From the human T2T-CHM13v2.0 reference genome, Homo sapiens: a DNA stretch of 64,000 nt. Positions 28,261-43,244 of the stretch are shown one piece after another. Below the pieces are notes generated by a model. The model was not told where the DNA came from and searched no databases. It saw only the letters and a program-made list of their open reading frames with translations. The number at the start of each line of letters is the position of its first letter. Position 1 is the stretch's first letter. Location of the stretch: the NCBI RefSeq assembly GCF_009914755.1, contig NC_060930.1; one strand, written 5' to 3'. Position numbers and translations under genes: made by a program.

Positions 28261-30929
28261 GTAAGTGGTGGCGACCGCTCCCCCGACGCCGCACTCCCCT
28301 GGTCTCCCCTGTCCCCCGCCCCTCCTCGGGCTGCTTTCGTTTTCTAGAAGTCTTATCTACTGTAAATTGTTATATAATGCCAGTCTGCGCTCCCTCTTTT
28401 TTCTTTTAAAGGTCTGATTGCTTTTGGGCCCCCGGAAAGAACGCCGTTCTGGGCTGGGCTTCTGGGAGCAGGGAGGGAAGGGGTCCACTTGCAAGGGGGG
28501 CCAGGCCTTGCCAATCCAGGTGGCGGATGGGACCCAGCAGGTGGGGCCGCCGGTCCCTGATCCTTGGGGCGCTCTCTACCGAGTTTGGGGACCCAGCAAA
28601 TCAGCCCAGATGTAGCCTGCCGTGGGAAGGTGGGGTGCGATAGATTCCTAAGTCAGGGATACATGGAACTGACTTTTTCCCCCTTGCTGACAACATATAG
28701 GGCATCTTCTTAAGCTCAGTTGACTGAATCTCCCATGTAACTTCGACGAATAATTGAGGAATCTTGGCTATTTCAGGTTTCAAAGTGTCGGCTGCCTAGT
28801 GTGCCCTGGATAGATCATTGCATTCTCCAGCCTCCTACATGCTCACTCTGGATTAACAATTTCTTATTTGCCATGAGGTTTCTAAACTCTTCACTTTCAA
28901 AAAGGTTGCAATAAAAGGTGTCCAAAACAAACAATTTGGGAACATGTGAAAGGAGACCTTAGGTCTGTTAAGGAAGAGGATGACACTACGTGACAACTTC
29001 CGATTCCAGAAACAGTCTGGACTTCAGGGATTATATCTGGGGGGATAAAAAGCGCATGCAAGTCTTCACCGTTTTCAGGAAAATCAAATTGGCCAGTAGC
29101 AACTGTCCTCCTGCCAACTAATGAAAGGTCTTCTTATTTATTAGCAGTGATTAGATAAAGCAGTTAAACCACATTCCAATCAATTTCGGTTGCTTTTTTT
29201 GCATCCAACATTTGGAATGCAACTCCTTATGTAATTTCTGGTATCCTATGTTCAATGAAAGGTGGAGTTACTTTTTTCCCCTCAGAATTTAAAGAAAGCA
29301 ATATATTTATAGGGAGCTCTTCTTTGGGCTTCCCAAATCCTGGTTATTATTGGGCTTGATACTCCTTCAGTCTCCGCCTCCTCCTGTTGGGTAGGCTCAA
29401 TTAAAACCTTTTGAATTTATTTACTTTTGTTTCTGATTAGGATTAATAGGCTCTAATTTTGTGCCTGGCTTTTGCTCTTCCAAATGCTGTCTCAATTGGA
29501 AATGAATGATCTCTTGACAACGTAATACTTGTCGCTCAAAGCCCTCTGACTCTCAGGAGAAACGTTTTGTATCTGGACACTGTGCGCTGATTAGCAGTTT
29601 TAAGAGGACTGAGTTAGACCAGGCGATGAGAAGGATCTCTGATTTAAGCGAATTCCCCTTCCCCAGTCCTTCTCACACACAACTCCTCTTCCCCATTTCC
29701 GATGGTATGTGCAGTTCCCGGGTCCCCCTTGATGTTTAGGTTCTGTGTCTGTTTGACACTAGTAGGTAGAGTCAGTGGGGAGACCTGTGGACGGGAGGGG
29801 AAGGGTGTGAACAGGCATTCAGAGTGGCAGGGAGACACACTCTACTCATGCTGCTGTTGCTCCCATGGGCCCCCATTGAGAGCAGCCTCTTGTCCTTACA
29901 GACCTTGGAAACTGGAAGAAGGGGCATAGAGGTTCCCCATGAGTTTACGTTATCTGTTAGGATGAACACTGGCACTGGAAGCGTGATGCCATGTGGTTTA
30001 ACAGAAATGCCATCTCTCTAATGGTGAATTTAGTTACAGGTGGTCCTCTAGTTGCAGAGTATTAACTGTGTTCCTACAGTTTTTTAAAAAAAATCTTGAA
30101 CAGATCCAAATTGGCACTTTTGCTCTTTTTAGCGATTTTAACTGTGGAGAAAATGGGTTAATTTTGTGATTCTGTTGCAGAGCTTCAGCCACAAGTGTGC
30201 TCCATGGAGGATGATGAATATTTCATTTTCTGTATATACCCAAGTCCCCACTGTATGCTTAGGGATCCCCCCAGTTATTACTTAACATCTTTTATTTTCT
30301 TCATTCAAACATAGCTTCTAACCAAACCATCATAAATTCATTTTCGTTTCTTGATCTCTGCGTGTGTTTTTTCAAGAGTTCCCAAAAGTCCTCACTAGCA
30401 GGTTGTTAAGGATCTTTCTCTGTGTCAGTGTTATGTTAACTGATGACTGTAGGAATAAATGTGTGCGCCGGGATTTTATTAGCTGCTATTTGCAGCATCT
30501 TTTTTATATCAGCTCTGTGGGAGTGTATGTGTGTATATGTGTGTGTGTTTGCTCTCCATGGGTGTTGCTTCAACTAGGCAATTTGACATTTCAAGAAAAC
30601 AAGAGGCCCATCCTAGTATGATGCCTCTGTTTGGAAAAATCAGAGGCTATTCGAGCTACAGAATATTATGGTTTAGCTGAGAATATTTGTCACTGTATTG
30701 CTTTCAAATTCTTTATTCATAAATTAAATAACCAGTTTGACCAAATTAATTTGCTAGAGACCAAAGAACAAGTTAACCCCATACAGAGGAAGAAAATACC
30801 AACAGGCCAATCCCTAAGCGAGATCCAGAGGAAATGCCAGTACTGCCTGCCCCTGGCCTGCCTTTCTCCTGCCTTCCTCTAGTTATGTGGTCCTCTATTT
30901 TGATTGTTTAATTTCATGTCTAGATAGCT

Positions 30930-31376
<447 letters not shown>

Positions 31377-31644
31377 ATCATGTCTAGATAGCTTTTAATA
31401 TTAGTAAACTTCATTGTCAAACATTAGAATTGCGTTTCCCCAGTTACACAAAAGCAAATAAAATGTGTGACAAAAAGAGTGAATAACTTAGTCATTTAGT
31501 TTTAGCCCTCCCCTGTCTGCAATTCTTCTCTCATCCCAGCTCTCATTCCTGACCTTGAACAGATGGACAAGAAAGTTTGTCCAAGAGAAATGAACTTACT
31601 AGAACTCAGCAACAGGTGTTGATACAGTCTTTAGCCCCTGGAGA

Positions 31645-32072
31645 AAGGCAGGGTAGAAATGATTATTCCCACATCAAAGACGAAGTGACAGAGGCTTGGT
31701 GAGGTTAGTCACCTAGGGTTGCACAGCTAATTAGTGGGAAGGCTTCTGGCTGCAAAGCCAGTGCTCTTTCTGACTAATTGTGCTGCTCCTCGTTCAAGTC
31801 TAGGGTACTGGTTAAAGGCATGGATTTTGGAAGGACAGACCCTAAGATTATTACTAGCACTATAACCCTGGGCAAATGATTGGTCTTTTTTAAGCCTTAG
31901 TTTCCCAATCTGTAAACTGAGATTAATAATAATCTACCTTTAAATGATGGGAAGATTAAATAGAAAATGTATACTTTGCACAGTATACAGTATAGTATAT
32001 ACAGTACAGTATACGGTATACTGTGTACCAGTGTTTGGCACATAGCAAGGGCTCAATAAATGGTTCATATTG
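31645..32072. mobile_element. MIR fragments (two, opposite orientation)
   Basis: MIR core-like ATTATTCCC..GAAGTGACAGAGG..GGTTGCACAGCTAATTAGTGG and AGCCTTAGTTTCCCAATCTGTAAA..ATAATAAT. Confidence 0.65.
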
Positions 32073-32218
32073 TTAGAGTAAATCTTAGAAGTAGGCCCCC
32101 AAGGACTCTGGTCACCCTTTTCTGAGAGCATTTTGAGGAAGGGAACATGTAGGTTAAGAAGCAACTGTGACTGTGAAAAAGCTCACGACTGTGCAGTCCG
32201 CTATTAAAGTAAAAACCT

Positions 32219-32375
32219 GGCCGGGCACAGTGGTTCACGCCTTTAATCCTAGCACTTTGGGAGGCCGAGGCAGGAGGATCACTTGAGCCCAAGAGTTCGA
32301 GACCAGCCTGGGCAACATAGTGAGACCCCATCTCTAAGTTTTTAAATAAAAATTTAAAAATATACAAATAAAATA
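32219..32375 (+). mobile_element. FLAM / Alu left monomer
   Basis: Single monomer followed by an A-rich tail. Confidence 0.85.
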
Positions 32376-34729
32376 AGCACCTTTGTGTGAGTCCAGGGAA
32401 CCTCTGTGAAGCTGTGGCTTTGCTGTTACCCATTCAGAATGGGAGTCCTTCAGGGATGTCTGGGGACCTGTCCTTATCCAGACTGGATTTCATTTTTGTT
32501 TTTGAAGCCACCATCCCAGAACAGTGAAGACAGTACAGAAAGCTACTAGAAGCAACCAGATGCAATCCTGTACTCTTTCTCAAGCAAGGAGGGACTGCTT
32601 ATCTGTTGGCATCTTTATGCACTGTGTGGAGTACTGATGAAAAGTGACAGCATTTCATAGCTGTGTTTAGGGGAGGTGGGGAGCCGACTGCAGTGCTATC
32701 CAGACAGCTCACCCTCTTTGCAGCTATTAAGAGTCTCATCAAGGCTGTCTATGCGATGTCGTCATTCTCACATTCCCAGAAGTAGAATTTGAAAAGATCA
32801 GTGAACATTAACAATTTCTTCTTCTCCCTGACATATGCACACATACAGCCTGCTTTTGTTTACAGTTGTAATTTTTAAAATAAAAAATCTTTGGTCCTGA
32901 AATATTAAACTTTCATAGTCTTGCTCACTGGGGCAGAATGAAGGAAACAAACTGAGAGGCTGGGTGAGGTTTGTGTTTTCAGCAGCATCATATGAGGTGA
33001 GGAATGTCTGCTTAGATCTGGGGCTTGACTGGGTCTCCGCATTCTACACTGCCACCACAGACAAGTTTGGAGGTGTTCCTGGGGCTCAGACACTTGAAAA
33101 CGTGGGGACATTCTCAAATTTCTCATCACTATAAGTCCATTGAAGGGTTTTTAAAAAATCTTTCTTTCTCTCTTTTCCTCCCTCCTTCCTTCCCTTCTTC
33201 TTTTTACATTTAGCTAATTCCTCTGAAAAAAAAAAACAGTGAATAATTGGAAGTCAGTAGAACTGGGATCATGTTTGCCTTGAAGATGGAACTTGGGGCT
33301 ATCCCCTGCAAATAAAAGTGTCATTTCCAAGAACGACGTCTCTGTTATAGATGGGTAACTTATTTTCTAGTAGAGGGTGCTGCCTTTATAATATATAATA
33401 ACCCCATATTTTCTTACCACCCCCTGGCCATGCAGAACTGCATCAACCTCTCCACCATCTCAGAAAATATCTGCATAGGGTCTCATCGGTTTTTTTCTAA
33501 GTGCTGTGCCTCATAGAACACCATGGGGTTGATACAGACAATACGTGACCCTCAGGACCTTACCAGAGGACAGTGCCTAGGAACATAGTACATGGAGCCA
33601 AGGATGTTTATAACCCACTGTGGTTCCACAAGAACTTTAGGTGACTTGAAAACCTTATGATCCATTGACATGAAAGCACTAACCCATTCATTTGTGTACA
33701 TGATCAACACATGTCAGTTCCTTGAGGATGGGGACTCGCCTTGTTCACTGCTGTATCCCCAGGGCTTAGAATAGTACCTGGTCTATAATAGCAAGCTCCC
33801 AGTAAATATCTGCTGTTTAATGAAGTAATGGTAATTTTGAAACACTTTGGAAAATACCTTTCTTGTGCTTTAGTTTTTGCATTTTGTAAACCTCTGTACA
33901 TTAATAAAAATTTATGATTAATAATGTCTTGTAGAACACATTTGCCTCAGAAACTTTGATTATTTGATGTAATTCTTCTGAATTCAAGTGTGTTAATTAA
34001 AGCAGAAGAAAAAGCTTTTCTTAATTATTTAGAAAACTAGTGATAACATTCGGATGTTCTCTTGGCTAACCAAGACTTCTTTCTAGTATTTATTTTTGAA
34101 CTAAATGCTTTAAGCAAATAAAGCACTCTGGGATATATTTGAATGTTACCTAACAACCACTGGCACCTAGAATAATTTCTCATTTTATAGACTTTTCACT
34201 TTGGACACTTGAATTTATCTAATAAAACTCTGAAGGATACTATTGACTACACATGTTTTATTGTGTTCCCTTTTAGCTAGTAGGAAGTGATACTAAATTG
34301 TGCAGAAAGGACTCCTCTAGGTTCCTATAATAAGATAGTGATGGTTAATTATTTAATGGGCCATATCTGCATATCCTGGAGATTTTTTTTTCTTTTTCAG
34401 TACAGTGTTGCACATAATTTATTCATGGCAGAGTTATTATGTCTTAGCAAGAAAATTTAAATTAAGAGTTGCAAAGAAATGCATTTGTTATTTTATAGGT
34501 GAGGTTGTTAGGAAAGTGAAAAACAGTGGTGATCAATAGATACTTAATTAGTTACATCCAGGAATTTGGATCTAATAAAATGTCAGTTCATTCAGATAAG
34601 GGTTGGGGACTAACCTAATGCTTTTGTTCAGTTCATCACTAAATATGAAGGTTAGTCCCATTTCAAACTTATTTTTATAAACTGGATGATCTTCTACCTC
34701 CCCAATTTCCATCTTTTAAAAAATGTAAT

Positions 34730-37700
34730 GTGAGATTAATACAGAAGATGATATGTAACATTTGCAAGTTTTGAAGTAAAATACTATAAAAAGCACCCAT
34801 GAAACTACCACCCAACCCAAGAAGCACATCACATCAATGCTTTGAGTCTACTCGGTCCTCTCTCTTGGCCCAGTCTCATCTTCCTGCCCATCCCTGAGGT
34901 CGTCACAGTCTGAGCTTGGTAATTATCAGCACCTTGCTTTGTCTTCTCTCAGGGATTTTGAGTGTGTGTATTCCCAAACAATACGTTGTTTAGTTTGGTT
35001 TATTTTTCTTTACAAATATGGTATCATGTATCATGCCATATGTAGTCTTTTAAAAAATGCTAACATTGATTTAATATGGATTTAACATAAGATAGCATCA
35101 TAGCATAGTACTTAAAGCAGTCTATTCATGAATCCGTGTAATTCTGCAGATGGCCTAACTTTTATTTTGAAATGATTTCAAACTTCCAGAAAGGCTGCAA
35201 GACTAAAGAACTCTGTATACTCTCCATTCAGATTCATCAATTGTTAACATATTTCTGCAATTATTTCTGTCTTTTTCTCTCTCTTCCTCAATCTTGCGAT
35301 TAATAGTTTCCCCCTCAGACCATTGAAGAGTAAGTTGCAGATATTATGTTCCTTTACATCCAAATACTTCTGCATGTAATTTTTTAAGAAAAAGGATGTT
35401 CTCATATAAATACAGTAATGGCATCAGTTTTAGGAAATCTAACATGGATGCAACAGTCCGTATTCAGATTTTGCCATTTGTCCCAATATTGTTGGGTGTA
35501 TCATCATGGTATTTGTTTTCTATTTAACTAATGTGTATTTTGTTTCTCTTTTCCACCTTTTGGCTTCTTTTAGATGAATTGCATATTTTTAGTATTTCCT
35601 TTTATCTTTAACAAAGTCTTAGGCTATGTTTCTTTGTGCTATTTTTATTAATTGCTTAAGAGATTACAATGTGCATTTTTAACCAATTACAGTCTATCTC
35701 CAAATAATAGTATTATTCTTCACAAATAATGCAAGAAATAGAAAACATAATTCCTCTTACTCCTTCCACCCTTTGTACCCACTGTCATATATTTTACATC
35801 CATATATGCTATAAAGCCAGTAATGTTATTATTTTTAAACAATCAATAGCTTTTAAAAGAAAAATAAATTTATGTAAAATAAACATATTTTAAAACACAT
35901 ATACACACGTATAAGATATAAAACATATATATGTATGTACATATATTAAATAGAGATAATTTTAAATGGACTTTTATATTTATCTTCATGTATTTACCGT
36001 TTCTGGTACTCTTCATTTCTTCTAATTATATCATTTTCCGTTGGCTTAAATTATTATCAGCATTTCTTATATGCAAGTCTGCTGGTGACAAATTATCTTG
36101 GTTTTTGCTTTTTCTGAAAAAGTTCATTTTTGTCTTCATTTTAAGAGCATATTTTTACTAGATGTAGAATTCTAGGTTGATAGTCTTTTTCCTATCAGAC
36201 CTTTGATGATATTAGCCCATGGTCTTCTGATCTGTTGTTTCTGATGAGACCTTAGTTGTTATTTTTTTTAGCATTTCCCCCCATATGTCATATGCGATAT
36301 TTCTCCAGCTGATTTTCTCTTTATCTTTTGTTGTCAGTAGTTGGAATATGATAACATGCCTATGTATGGTTTTCTTTACATTTATCCCGCTTGGGGTTTG
36401 CCGAGCTTCTTGGATCTGTGGATTGATATCTTTCATCAGTTTTGGAAATTTTTTCATTCTTTTTTCAAATATTTCTTCAGTACCTCTTTTCTTTCCTGGA
36501 ACTCCAGTTAATTATATATGACATCATTTTATATAGTCCCATACTTTTTAGATACTTTATTCCATGTTTTTGTCAATTCTTTTCTTTTCCTCTTTGTGTT
36601 TTAGTTTGGATAATTCCTGTCGGGTTGTCTTCAAGTTAATATTTCTATGTTAAGCCAATTTTGATATCTAATTTTTGATATCTTTTTTTTATTTTGAACA
36701 TTTCTACACTTAAAAAATAGTTTTTAAGGAGTCTGCTTTATTTTGCTGAAATCCTCCATCTGTTCATGGTTGTGTTAATATTTTCTGCTAGATCCTTTCA
36801 CATGTTTATTAATCATCCTTTAATAATTCCAACATCTACATCATCTCTGAATCTGTTTCTTTGGACTGTTTCTTCTCTTGATTATGGGTTATATTTTCTT
36901 TCTTCCTTCATGCCTTGTAATTTTTTTTATTGCATGCCAGACATTGTATGTAAGAGAATTATAAAGTCTATAGTAATTTAAATTCTTTTTTCAGGCCACT
37001 AGTGTGTGTGAGTCAATCTAGTTTGTAATGGAAACAGGTTTGGGCCTTGGGGAAGCTTCAGTTAGATTCATTTTTATCACTGGCTTCAAATGTTTTGAAG
37101 GCACAATCAGGACTTCCCCCTTAGCAGGGCTTGAAATCTGAGCCCTGGAAAAACTCTGGAGGTTTTTAAATGCTTCACAGTCCAGGACCAGCTTACCAAA
37201 CAGTGGAAGATTTCTGTTTTTCAGCCTGACTGCCGGCTTTTTGGGTCACTGGGGAGTTGTCTTTGTGTCAGTCTTGCACCAAGTTTCTGTACCTCAAGAA
37301 ATCTTCCCTGTACAGCTGCTGTGCCCCAGCTTTTGGAGGGCTACTGCAGTGGTCCGAGTGAAGGCCTGGAGTACCTCAGAATGACTTTCTCAGTTTTTAG
37401 ATTCTGACCCTTTTATACCATACCCTGAAGCTAAGTCCTGTAGGCTTCAGAGAAGATGTCTCTCTAGTCTCCTGCCCTACCCCCAGCCTTTGGTGTAGTT
37501 TTGTTGTGTTTTTGGTAAAGTTCATTTGGTAAAGAAAGAGTTGGCTGGTGGCTAGGCCTCCTTGGAATCATAATTCATATGGCAGTCCACATATGGCCAT
37601 TAATGTGGGTTAAAAATTTATTTGATTTCTCCTCACTCCTGTTTATGGTGGATTCCTGTTCTTCCTGCTGCTTTGCTAGGGAAGGAAGCGGCTATTGGCC

Positions 37701-37850
37701 TTTTTTCTCTTGGGAAGGACTTGATACATTTAGGCTTCTTTGCATTCTCAGCTCCCTGACAGATTTTTTTCAGACTATGCTTTTGTAGCTAATCTGGCTT
37801 GTTCTCATTGTTAGAGTGGGAGTGATTGCTCTCACAACTTTCAACTTGTG
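34730..37850 (-). mobile_element. Old L1M fragments including an ORF1p remnant
   Basis: ORF 36212-36457 (-) FPKLMKDINPQIQEARQTPSGIN..KTIHRHVII..KDKEKI is L1 ORF1p-like; T-rich plus strand. Confidence 0.75.
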
Positions 37851-38638
37851 ATTGTTAAAAACTTAATACTGTATTTCTCGGATTCATTTATGTTTTTGCA
37901 TATATATGTAATTCATTTTTACTGCTGTAGGATTTGATTTGTGTAAATATGCCCAGTTTATTCGTCTCTTTTTAATCTTTCTTTCTTTGACTTCTTACTG
38001 ATTCTTGGCATTTGCTGTCATTTTGTATGTAATGCGGAATCTGCAAGACTTCCATTTTACAGATTTTGATCCTCTTAAATCTGTCCTGCCAATGACTATG
38101 ACATCTAGACCCAAATGCTTAGGTCTGGATAAGTGAGAGAGAATTTAGCATGGGATTCATTGGCTTTTATGTGATATTAAAATATTTATTACAATGATAA
38201 ATCCTAGCTATCAACTAATCATTGAAGTTATATACAATTAAGAGCATGGTTTATAGAAACATATATCCTTATGATGAGTGAGGTACTTTATCATAGATCT
38301 TCATCTCCTAGCTTAATTTGATGCTGATTTTTCTTGATTTTAAAAGAAAGTTAATTTTTTTTCTTTTTCTTTATCCTTTGTAATACTTTGTGCTTTGAAG
38401 CTCTTCTCTGATCTCATACCTAATGTGTATACAGCCCCCCGTGTGTTGGGGGGTTGTCTCTTAGACCGTATTCTTCCTCTCTGTGTCATGTGGCCAGCTT
38501 TCTTTGGAAGCCTTGATAGCAAGGGTTTCTGATTGAACCAGCCAGGCCTCTGCTCTTGTAGACTTTCTAGTCTTCGGTGCTTACCTGAGAGAAAAAATTG
38601 TTTCCTCTGCCATGACTGGATCCATAATTAAGAGAAAG

Positions 38639-38639
<1 letters not shown>

Positions 38640-38670
<31 letters not shown>
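38640..38670 (+). repeat. (TG)n microsatellite
   Basis: About 15 TG units. Confidence 0.95.
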
Positions 38671-38671
<1 letters not shown>

Positions 38672-38721
38672 CATCCCCCTTGACTCCAATCCTTCTATCT
38701 GTAGAAGTTAGCTGATCTTTA

Positions 38722-38810
38722 ATTTAGGTCTGTTTTTGCCTTTACCTCCTTGTCGCTTCATAGCTGGAGCTAACATACCATTACAGTAGACCTCCCTGTC
38801 TCCCTCTAGA
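38722..38810 (+). repeat. 89-bp dispersed direct repeat, copy 1
   Basis: 85/89 identical and ungapped relative to 41994-42082. Confidence 0.95.
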
Positions 38811-38859
38811 GACTTTGGAGGTAGACTTGCTTTCAACTGCAATGGCACTTTTTTTATTT

Positions 38860-39174
<315 letters not shown>

Positions 39175-40239
39175 TATTTTAGAACAACTTAAGCACACTT
39201 TAGCACACTATTTAAAAACAGCAGTATAATCATTTCTGTACATCTTCAAACTAGATTTTAAAAACTGCTGACTTCCATGCTGTTGAGAGCCATGGGAATG
39301 AGGTGGGGCCCAGCAAGGCAGCTGATAGAGGAGGGTGTAGCCAACGGCCCTGCCTGTGACTTGCCCTGAGATAATCTTATCAGCGGAGGAATGGCGATCT
39401 AACCCACTTGGGAAGGAATTTGAGCTCAATAAGTCTGCTATCTTTTGGTGGTTTTCAGGCGTGGCTCATGAATACAAGGCAACAGCTTATTTTAACACTA
39501 AATACCAGCGTCTATTGGAGATGTTACTTCTACTTGCTGAGAAATGATTGCCCTTCTTGTACTGATCATAGAAATAAGTCTCTAAAATGTGTGTTCCTGG
39601 CAACTTCCTTGACATAATCTGGTATTTTTCTCAGTCTTCACTTTTCCCTTTCTCTCATAAGATCTCTCCTAAGTGCACCATCTCTGGTGGTATAAGATAC
39701 TGTGTCTACTTTTTCTTGTTTTGAAACTTTTTCTTCCTTTAACTTCTAGGATGTTCCTCTCCCACTTACCTTTAATTATTTCCTATTCTCCTGCATCTTG
39801 TATCTCTTCTTTCTTTCTTGCCTTTAAGTAACTTTGTTCCTCTCTCTCCTGCCTGTCTTAACTTTCCTAAGCAAGATTGCACGGTCATGGTGGTTGCTCT
39901 GGCCTTTGCAAATGTGACCTTCATCTCTGTGTCTCTGTCCCCTGCTTAGAGCACCTGCCCCCTGACCTGGCATTTCCTCTTGCCTGTAGAGATCTCTGCC
40001 GAGGTGTCCTCTGACTCCCAGAAAGCAAGTCATTGAAAGCTGAATGGCCTGCAGTTTCTTCTCAATAGACAGTCTCAGGGCCCCACCACTCTCAGGAAAG
40101 AACATTTCCTGGGTTGCAGAACTGTGGCCTGGGAACATTCTCACTTCCACCCTTCCCGCCTACCCACCGCCATCAGGCTGTACGCCTCCTTTCCTTCCTT
40201 GTCTCTTAGACTGCATTCTTCCTCTCTGTGTCTGTACTG

Positions 40240-40790
40240 AAGGTTCTGGTTCACAGTCATTTCACGGATTCTTTGACACTTTTCCCATGAAAAGGTGGAG
40301 TCTGATTCCTCTCCTCTGGAATATGGGCCAGCCCACATATGAAGGACAGAATGTGTCAGAAATGATGCTGTGTGATTTCCAAGGTGAGGTTAGAAAACAT
40401 GGCAAGGTTTCCACCTGCTTCTCTCTCTCTCTCTCACTTGGGACGTGCACCTTTGGAGCCCTGAGCTGCCGTACAAGAAGTCTAGCTCCCTGGACACCCC
40501 ATAATACAGAGGCCATGTAGAGGGGTTTAGACCACATAGCAATAGAGGTGACAGTGGAACCCCAGCTGAGTAAATGAACCTTCACGTGCTTTGACTCCCC
40601 CACCTCCATGACCCCACCCCACACTCCCACTTTTTTGAGCCATCCCAGTGAAAGCCAAATGGAGCAGATATGAGCAGTTCCTGCGGCGCTCTGCCTAAAT
40701 TGTAGAGTGATGGCCAAAATAACATCATCGTCGTCTTAACCCACTATATCTTGGGGCACTTTATTATACAGCCACAGTAACTGGAAAACT
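40240..40790 (+). mobile_element. MLT1 (G/H-like) MaLR LTR
   Basis: ATTCTTTGACACT...AGGTGGAGTCT, TGGAGCAGA and TTAACCCACTATATCTTGGGG...TATACAGC motifs. Confidence 0.6.
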
Positions 40791-41149
40791 TAACTGCCAG
40801 AACGTCTCAAATGAAGTGTTGGGACTGGTTTGGGGCATGCAGCGATTCATGTGTGACCAACAACACTAAAGTTACAGGGCTGAAGTTTGAGAATTTTAAA
40901 AAAATGATGGTAAATTCAGAGTCAGCTCTTCCCACTCCCTTCCATTCCAGAATGCTTCTTTGAGCAGGAGAGACAGGGGTTGCAGCCAGTTCGTGCACCC
41001 ATAATTTTGCCTAATCCCAGCACTTGCTTGGCAGAAGCGGCCCTTCATCTCGTGTGCCCTGGTGGGAAAGTAGTGAGTACTGACAGTTTAGACCCTCACC
41101 AGCCCACACCTGGATGGTGTTGCCAGCTTTCTTCCTCACTCCTTGTCTC

Positions 41150-41461
41150 TATTTTTATTTTTATTTATTTTTTTAAGATAAGGTCTTGCTCTGTCACCCA
41201 GGCTAGAATGTAGTGGCATGATCATAGCTTACCACAGCCGTGACCTGCTGGGCTCAAGCAATCCTCCCACCTCAGCCTCTGGAGTAGCTGGAACTACAGG
41301 CACACACCACCACACCTAGCTAATTTTTTTTTTTTTTTTTTAGTAGAGATGGGGTCTCACTATGTTGCCCAGGCTGGTCTCGAATTCCTGAGCTCAAGTG
41401 ATCCTTCCACCTCGGCCTCCCAAAGTGCTGAGATTACAGGTGTGAGCCACCACACCTAGCC
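41150..41461 (-). mobile_element. AluJ
   Basis: Reverse Alu; GTCTCTATT on both flanks. Confidence 0.9.
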
Positions 41462-41510
41462 TTTCCGTCTCTATTGTTCCTTCACTCTAGCCTTAAAAAT
41501 CCCAAGTTCC

Positions 41511-41805
41511 GCCGGGCGCGGTGGCTCATGGCTGTAATCCTAGCACTTTGGGAGGCCAAGGCCGGCGGATCAGGAGGTCAGAAGATCGAGACCATCCTGG
41601 CCAACATGGTGAAACCCTGTCTCTACTAAAATACAAAAAATTAGCTGGACGTGGTGGCACACGCCTGTAGTCCCAGATACTCGGAAGGCTGAGGCAGGGG
41701 AATCACTTGAACCTGGGAGGCGGAGGTTTCAGTGAGCTGAGATTATGCCACTGCACTCCAGCCTGGTGACAGAGCAAGACTCCATCTCAAAAAAAAAAAA
41801 AAAAA
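41511..41805 (+). mobile_element. AluSc-like
   Basis: Alu consensus; TSD AAAAATCCCAAGTT. Confidence 0.92.
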
Positions 41806-41993
41806 TCCCAAGTTTCTTACTGTACTGTGTCTGTTACATATAGTGATAGACTCATATGCCTATTGGGAAACTAAATCCGTGCAAAGCTGTATAAAATCGG
41901 TACTTGAGGCCTTTCTATTTTTCTCATAATTTATTAAGAGCAACAGATGAGAGTCTCTGTTCCCTAAGATCTCAGTGTATAGCAGTCCAGTTG

Positions 41994-42082
41994 ATTTAGG
42001 TCTGCTTTTGCCTTTACCTGCTTGTCCCTTCATAGCTGGAGCTAACATACCATTAGAGTAGACCTCCCTGTCTCCCTCTAGA
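41994..42082 (+). repeat. 89-bp dispersed direct repeat, copy 2
   Basis: 85/89 identical and ungapped relative to 38722-38810. Confidence 0.95.
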
Positions 42083-43244
42083 TATAGAAACACAACTCTC
42101 ATAGGGACACCTTTTTGACACTGTCATGTACCAGGATGTTCACCCCTCCCTGGGTTAGTGAGAAGACCAGGGGCCTGCTTCACCTGCCGACCGTGCTGTT
42201 GACATACCGAGGCCTTTCCAGAAATAGCCTATGGTGGCCTCATGGTCTGCAGAGACTTGCTGTCCCACAAGGGGACAGCTAGGCAAGTAATGACTCCTAG
42301 CAAGCTGATCTTTCCAGTGAGCCTCAGATTTATATAATCAAAGCAATTTATCATCTTGAATGCTCCTATTTTGGGGTCTTTTAATGCCATGAGTTTCCCA
42401 TACACACATTCTTGATGGCAGATAAGGGCATTTTTGAACATAAAAGCCAAAGTCAAGTTAAATTCTGCAGCTATATATGGTCTATTTGTCTTTTTAAGCA
42501 GGAAGAAGAATTCTTGACTTAAATTATCTCACACTTACAAACTTGATGCAGATTTTCCTGCCTCTCTTTAAGATTGAAACCTATGCAAGTTAAATTTCAG
42601 CGTGGTCCTAACACACACAGTCAAATGGTGATTATGGCTCTATTTGGGAAACACACTGAGTTTGTGTTTGTGTTCTTATTCCATTAGCTATAAGCAAATT
42701 TTGCACAGATATTTCAAGAGGTATGCTCTTGTCTTCTTAAAAGTAGATAGATACTAAATGTTGGAGAAGCCTACTCTTCCCATCATAACATTATTACTTA
42801 GGATTAACAGTGTTTTATATAGAAACTGTATTTCTTCTTTGGCTAGAAAAAAATAAAGATAGGAAGTATTGCTTTTAAACTGTATGCCTTTATTGAGCTG
42901 GGAAACTACTAACATTCTATTTTTTAATTTAGAAGTTGAAGTGGCAATGAAGTAGAGTTCCACTTATTTCTATCTAAGTTCTCTGCCTCTTGGCTTCGGA
43001 TGGTGAGACAAGAATGATCTATCAGGACAATGTCATCACCTTGAACCTGAGATAAAGATTATTCTTGACTCTTATGTGAAATTGTTGATTTTGGAAGGTT
43101 GTATGGGTTTGTGGACCATAGCTGGTATTGTCAAGACAGATCTCAAGCTTCCCTGAATGGGAGCCCCAGTCAAGCGTAAAGGGGGAGACTTAAGTATGGA
43201 AATAAATGGAGAGTTGTTCTCCTTACTTCCCATTCTCTCTTCCC

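Larger units (their letters stand above)
26050..28330. promoter_or_regulatory. ZDHHC14: CpG island / ZDHHC14 promoter and 5' UTR
   Basis: Very high GC with unsuppressed CpG, GC boxes, ETS-type CCGGAAG (26585, 26891) and a (GGA)n tract at 27078-27103; overlaps coding exon 1. Confidence 0.93.

Noticed and set aside
27767-28264. 165-aa ORF treated as a complete gene
   Set aside because: It is ZDHHC14 exon 1 plus leader; the TAA lies within the GTAAGT splice donor.
26969-28294. 441-aa antisense ORF, plus 326, 235, 203 and 197-aa ORFs across the CpG island
   Set aside because: Low-complexity Arg/Pro/Gly/Ala translations expected from stop-codon scarcity in GC-rich DNA. They are open in several frames at once and have no recognisable domain.
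36212-36457. ORF with protein-like composition
   Set aside because: Degenerate L1 ORF1p remnant, not a host gene.
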